From positions 1,054,001 to 1,118,000 of the forward strand of contig OZ374562.1 of assembly GCA_977862235.1 (NCBI GenBank): a DNA stretch of 64,000 nucleotides, given 5' to 3'. Of this stretch, positions 58,145 to 64,000 are shown piece by piece (position 1 is the stretch's first letter; each line of letters starts with the position of its first letter). Origin of the DNA: Dudresnaya verticillata (Eukaryota). Position numbers and translations under genes: made by a program. The notes under the pieces are model-generated. The model did not search any database. It worked only from the letters and a program-made list of their open reading frames with translations, and was not told where the DNA came from.

Positions 58145-58599
58145 ACATATCAATGTGAGCAACTGTCAAGAATGAACAAAGCATAGTTGTGCTGAAGAGG
58201 ATAACAAGTCACCAACGAAATACTTTCAGATACAGCTTGTAATGCCCTTCTGGCTAAACCGACAGTGATCGCGCACGCTGTATCAAGTATTTGTATAGAA
58301 CGTCCATCAATTGTTAGCAGTTCTAGAAGTGATCATCCTTCATTAACTTACTAGCGGAGCGTGAGGAGAAAAGATTGGTCACAGTTGATCAAAGTTTGAG
58401 GGAATAGCAAAAACTATCATTTGAAAAGGGTCTTAGTTTAAACCTAAGGAAAAGCTCCCTTAGAATATTACAAGTCTAGGACAAGTTCTCCTCCTTCCGT
58501 CATTATCATTTCATTTGCAACTTCCTGTTTCAGATACAAGTGCTCCTTCCGCTAATCTCAGTAGTTTGGAGGCTAATCGGCTGCTTCAAACTCTATCCC

Positions 58600-61010
58600 G
58601 GAAAAGTGACCAAATAAAACAGTGTACACCGGTCGCCGTCCACGATTTACGCGATTGTCTAACGATACCAACCTAGCAGCAGAAATGCATGGAAATGGAA
58701 TAGGTCAGTAATATCCTACAAGGCAGTACCAGATAGCTCCAAGACCCGAAGTACCGTAGAAGAACTTTTTGCAGATGGGATTTTTGATTCCCGTCTCATC
58801 TGGGCGGAGTTAATGTTCGGTGCATGCTTGTGGTTCAAACATGCTTATAGCAGAGGCCCGTAATAAATGTCACGCTAACCTGTAACATGTTGCGGAATCC
58901 ATCATTCTTCGTTCAACAGGAGAGGACCGGCAATTCCGAAGCAAGAAAAGAGTTGGCGAGGAAACATTTTGTTTCATGCCAATGATATTTGTGGATCACA
59001 GCCTTGCTGAAACAGGTGCTCTAGGGATTGACATGAACTGTATCTGACCTCTTGGAGGTTACAAATCAATATACTTAGTTCTCACTGCTGCTGTGACCCT
59101 GAAAGGCAGAATAAAGTTACAGAGTTACAGAGGGGCTCAGTAAAACAGAGAATCACGAGGCGGGCCGCTACAAATCACATAATCCTGTGGATTTTGCGTA
59201 ACAAATATACACGGCCGGCCCTCGACCAGAATGAATAAAGTGGAGGAATATGTCCAGAGGTGGAAGGCAAAGAGCTGTGCTGAGCTCTTTGAAGGGCAGA
59301 TTTTCCTCGGTCAATAAGTCGCAAAAGAGTCTCAGTTAACAATCACGATTGAAAGAGCCGGTGGGCACAAAGGACGATCAGGGACAGCCGCTGTCTCCCA
59401 CCTGTAGCAAAAAGGGGCCTCAATTCAAGCATTGACAAGGAGACAATAAGAGTTTTGAGTGCTGAACAAAGTCCTTCTGGAGTCGCTCCGAGCGGAAACG
59501 AGGTGAACCAGGGAGGAAAAGGTGATGTCCTGCACAGCGTGATTGCGTCTACATTTACAGATGTGTTTCACTGCTCATCTGGAATTCAGCTTCAGGATCC
59601 TACACCCGGAAGAGCGTCTGTCTGTCTCCAAGTGACGAGGCCCGACGATTGGCAGGCAACATCATTTTCGCGCTTAGGAGTACGCCATAGCATTCTTCGG
59701 TGCTGACGGCACCGGGCAGCGAAGGTTACGGAGACTCTGGCGCCTGTCGTTGTGAACGACGGATTGTTGCCACCTAACGTCAACGCTACCAGGGCACCCT
59801 CAGAATGGGTACAGTCTGGTGCAGCCTGAACATATTTGCGTAGACGGGGAAGGCGCAGAAGAAACAGGGCAGAGGCACTGTGATGTGAACCCCGAATCAG
59901 AAAGACGTCGACCCGCATCATGCGCTGCCTCGCGCCTTTCTTCGAGTGTGCGGAGGAATTACAGATGCGGGCCTCATACGATGCCCTCGCGTTGCAAGCA
60001 CCCTACTCGTTACGTAGGGTTGAAACTGCGCCGCTTGCTCGGACCTCGAGGCATGGCACGAGGGCGATCTCCGCAATTGAGAACAAACGTCACGTCCAGC
60101 TTGAAGGTCAAGCGGGATAATTCCGCGCAGCGGTCGCCGCAGTGGTTCAGAAAGGGAAGAACAGTACCATATGGAATTCAAGAGCCGCGAAGAAATGCAG
60201 ATCTTCAGTTGCATGACCCCCGCGTGTTCTGCCAATGCTAGCATCTCAAATGCTCATCAGAAAAGACGTGCGTGCTGCGGCATCAACGGCGTACCAGTGC
60301 CTGAATTGGACTTTCGACTGCAATGTTTGGAAGGGAATGGGGAACTTTATAGGGGGTTCGAGGAACAAAGCTTGGAGGGGAAGGAGCAGTAGCTGCACCT
60401 GACTCTTTGTACCAAGGGTAGGATATGAGGACTGGGCTTGGCAACGGGTGGGCGAGAGCTCAAAGCTTGGGAACGTTGGAGTTCTTGCGCTGGAGAACTG
60501 AGAGGTGAGGTGCGCCATACTTCTGCAGCATGATATTGGCAGTTAGCCCATAGAGCCAATGGGCACAAGGCACGATGTCTCTTGCAAGGGCGGTACTGAC
60601 TGTTGCAGACAGCACCTCATTCGAGCGCGAATGGAACGGTTTGTGTCCAAAAATACTTTTTCGACTCCCTGCAATGTACAGTACCCCACGTCCCACCCTG
60701 CCCTGCAGTGGCTGGCGTTGGCAGCCGGGACCCTTCCAGCGTGTTCCCCGTCTCGTAATCTCGACCCTTTCCCTCGCCTGCGCTCTCGTTAGACCCACCA
60801 AATATGGGAGAGTACTGCCCTGGCCATTCATCGGTGAGGAAGACCATGTGGCATGGCCTCATGGCGCAAACAGGTATCAAAATACAGATTCTCTGAGCTG
60901 TAGTACCTCCGCGAGCAACTCACCAGAAAGGCGCTCTCTGATATTGCGTTTTGCATGCCGTACGTTTAGTACTTTCATCGTCAGTGCTCCTCTGTGGTCC
61001 CCATAGGCCC
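58600..61010 (-). pseudogene. Possible highly decayed LINE ORF2 relic
   Basis: Scattered, correctly ordered peptide echoes of ORF2: MKVLNVRH, ARTPTF, CSGPPRDS (vs SRGVPQG), WHETKCFL (vs WGTSKCHV), VSVTF (vs LGVTL). No intact motif. Confidence 0.35.
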
Positions 61011-61951
61011 AGGAATGGAACGCGACCTCCACATCATTATCGAGTTTATGGACTACTGCGGTACTCGCGTTTGGAACGCGACACGCTCTTCACTACACTC
61101 ACCTGGCAAGTCCTCCATACCACCACCACGAATATCCATTGTCGCCGTCTAGGTTTGACCTCTCCTTCATGAGGAATGCTATGGACTACCTAAGTAATAT
61201 GTTCATAAAGTCCCCATTTTTCCCCTTTGTTCCCACATATCTGTTTTGGGTGACTGCGGTAATGGCAATGGCAATGGAAATGGCAGTGGCATACGCAGCT
61301 TCCTACACATGCCTGTCACGCTTAGGTTTTATGTATTTTTGGTACTGCTTCTGTAGGGATTCTAGGGATCGTTTCATTCTATGCATAAAGTCTATCGCAA
61401 TGGTTTTTCTTATTCCGAGCGTGAAGTTGTGTTATTGTGGACCATTTACAGTTTGTAAACAAGCTGTTAAGTGGACAACGCTGTGATAACATTGCAGCCC
61501 TTTACACTTTGTCGCGAAACGCAAGTAAGGACGAAAATATATATGGATACGAAGATGCTCTGATCTTTAACGAGCAGAGACTTCCATACTCTTTATGTCT
61601 GCAGAGCAAAGCAAACAAGGCAAGCAAAGAGCCAAGGAAGCATCCTTGCATCCTGGTTCTACCATCCCACTCGCAGTAATGATATCGTAATATGCCTAAG
61701 CGTATCCAAGTAGATGTCTAGTTAATGTATAGTCTAGCCCTGTACAAGGTAGAACAGAAGAACACTTCTAGCTAAATAACCCAGCACTTTCTACAACATG
61801 GGTCCACCGACAGCTACTGATCCTCCGCCCACGTTGCCCAGGCCTGCGATACGTTTCGTGACAGTTTTTAAAGCCGAGCAATTGAAGAACTGTCCATCCG
61901 TTTGCTGAAAACTCTCTTCAAGTTGAAGCGACTCTGGGACTTGACACTGAA

Positions 61952-62410
61952 TCAGTACTGTACAACCTTTCCTCTCCCCGGAGACTTAGTGACTTTCCAA
62001 TATGGGCTCTCACACAGGTACTTCACGCAGCGTACACCAAAATTCGGAATATACTTCGACTTTTGGCAGTAGCACATGTACCCTGGTGTGGGAAGCCTGC
62101 ATGCAGTTGAGCATTCCAGCAAGTCGTTGATATCGAGCTCACGAAGTCCACGAAGCGCTGGTGCTTCTTTTCTGATATCGGTGGCTCGTACCGGCTTGAC
62201 GAGGCCTCCCTGAGCGTACTTCAAACGCCGTTGCGTTGCACTTTCCTTTATGCGGGAGCTTCCAGAAAGGTCGGGAGACTGCAACTTTCGGGAGCAACTG
62301 TTCATGCAAGCACGAAAAGAAAGCCTGGCTGGAAGAGTGTTCGACTGCGCATGGCATGAAAGAAGGAGGGAAAGCAATAGGGTACCAGACAGAAAGGTTC
62401 GAGAGTTCAT
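61952..62410 (-). CDS. Probable host gene: small secreted cysteine-rich protein (152 aa)
   Basis: ATG start, hydrophobic signal-peptide-like N-terminus (TLLLSLLLSCHA), eight further Cys (Cx3C, Cx3C, CxC, Cx4C), TATAAAA ~115 bp upstream. Confidence 0.7.
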   Translation of the reverse strand: MNSRTFLSGTLLLSLLLSCHAQSNTLPARLSFRACMNSCSRKLQSPDLSGSSRIKESATQRRLKYAQGGLVKPVRATDIRKEAPALRGLRELDINDLLECSTACRLPTPGYMCYCQKSKYIPNFGVRCVKYLCESPYWKVTKSPGRGKVVQY

Positions 62411-62522
62411 TTCGAGGGCTTTGCTGAGTGAAGAGTGGGTGGGAAAGTTTGGGAATCCGATTGGTGTCTTATGCTTCTTGGGGCTCGTTGCTTGTTCCTA
62501 TGAAAGAGCATTTAGATGATGG

Positions 62523-62530
62523 TTTTTATA
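62523..62530 (-). promoter_or_regulatory. TATA box candidate for the secreted-protein gene
   Basis: TATAAAAA on the minus strand upstream of the ATG at 62410. Confidence 0.5.
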
Positions 62531-64000
62531 CCCGAACTACCTTACTGCTTTCGTCTGCCTGAGGCTGCAAGAGCAGTGTGAAGGTTGGGGTTCTGGCGGG
62601 ATCATTTCGTGCCCGCCCTTCTGGAACAGTCAACAAACCCTATTGTCGTTTCTACAGGTAAGTAAACTGAATGAAAATAGATACATAGGTGTTTCTCAGG
62701 TGTGTCGTGTGTTGTCGAGCTGTAGCTCTGATTCACATAGTGTAACACAATAGTTTCCTTTTCAAGGTTGATGATTCATCCGTTCAAATGCAGCTTTGTT
62801 CTGTGGCAGGAACAAGTGTCCCGCTGCTCTTGCGGGTTCTCCAATGCTGACTTTTTGTGAACCAAAAAAGGACCTGAACGTGTCTAGGCACTCTGAGGAG
62901 GCCACCGGACAGTTTGATCTCACAAAGGTGTGACTAAACGTGATTCTGTTCCAGATGCAGCACTGGCCAGGATTTCCAGAAGGGACAGAATACACCGCCA
63001 TATTGAGCATGTGCCAAGAACAATCAAGACAACCGACACGTGCGTGACGAAAATAGAACGAGGACTGGAGAAGAAGGGGAAAGGTGTGTATCCCGCGGAA
63101 GGTGTTGACAGGAGCAGCAATGCGCGCCTATCCATGCCTCAATACCTGCGTGCTGCAGAGTACTTGCCGAGCGCGGTTGTGAGGCGGGGAGGGAAGAGCA
63201 AGACGCGTGTGCAATATCCCGAGAGCATATCATCGCCCTACCCAATGAAATTCGGATGCTATTTTGAATAGCAATGTCAGGTGCAGCCGAAAATTCCGTC
63301 CAACGCCGGGATCCTCTTCTTAGTGAACTGAACACAGGGGGGAGAGCCTTCATATGTCTTGCTTCTCTCGGCTGTGGTTGACCGTGACGAACCAGCTTTG
63401 GCGCGACGCACAATTTCTATGCAATACCGCTCACTCTCCTATTCTGGCACAAAGCAGCTGATCCAGGCATTTTCCATTCTCTCACGAGCGGGCCGCCTTG
63501 ACGGACCCGTCGCCGTGAGCAGTTCAGTAGTATTACGTTTAGCCTTCGAGCCTCTTCGCAGCTGCAGCGTGGAAAGATTCCACCATAAACTGTGTTAAAC
63601 TTCCCGCCATTGTCCCGGCTTTTACTTGTGATGTCAGTAGAGGAGCCTTGAGACTGCACTTTTGTAGAATGTATATGTTTTCTTTTCGTCCCGCTTCTCG
63701 GACAGGCAAGCCTCAAATCTATGAAGGTCTCTGGGGCGACGCGGAATTTCCAGTCCACTCCACTATTTTTAGAGTATTTCGAAAACGTCTCAAGACGGAA
63801 CGTAAGAGTATTGCTTTGCATACTAAGCATGTTGCAACAATGTAATCCAAATGTTTATGAATCGGCTCATTACGGGTAACGGACACAACAAGAACAATGT
63901 ACCAAGGAACAACGCTTCCTGATCTTGTCTCAAGAAGTACATCAGGCTGCACACAGGCATAGTTCGATATGCAGTTGTTTTGAACGGAATAGAGGTGGAA

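Noticed and set aside
62760..64000. Minus-strand ORF fragments (62762-63010, 63417-63830, 63719-63952) as a gene
   Set aside because: Broken frames with no motif I can identify; could be a pseudogene but cannot be supported without a search.

Overview
Eukaryotic, gene-poor, deeply nested transposon cluster. The element families resemble those I associate with florideophyte red algae, but that is inference only. A decayed AT-rich chromodomain Gypsy element (A, ~5.4-58.0 kb) hosts most insertions, nearly all bounded by readable target-site duplications (TSDs). Inside A are: a 475-bp hairpin-rich element; a TA-flanked pogo-type DNA transposon; a solo LTR (family D) that itself holds an inverted D solo LTR and a deleted Gypsy element E (with a family-F solo LTR in its gag); and a 33.8-kb block under one CTAAG TSD. 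That block is Gypsy C (with two nested, mutually inverted family-G solo LTRs) plus Gypsy D (with an intact 5.3-kb LINE). Left of A are the 3' end of Gypsy F and a Copia-like gag relic split by solo LTR H. Right of A are a possible LINE relic and one likely host gene for a secreted Cys-rich protein. Best leads: (1) a conserved ~550-670-codon antisense ORF between pol and the 3' LTR in three different Gypsy families; (2) a tRNA-Tyr-type PBS plus a positionally conserved U5 box complementary to the tRNA D-arm across six LTR families; (3) a large structured 5' leader in the intact LINE; (4) repeated inverted self-insertion of LTRs and an anomalous C+D co-insertion. All alignments were read by eye; family letters are my own labels.
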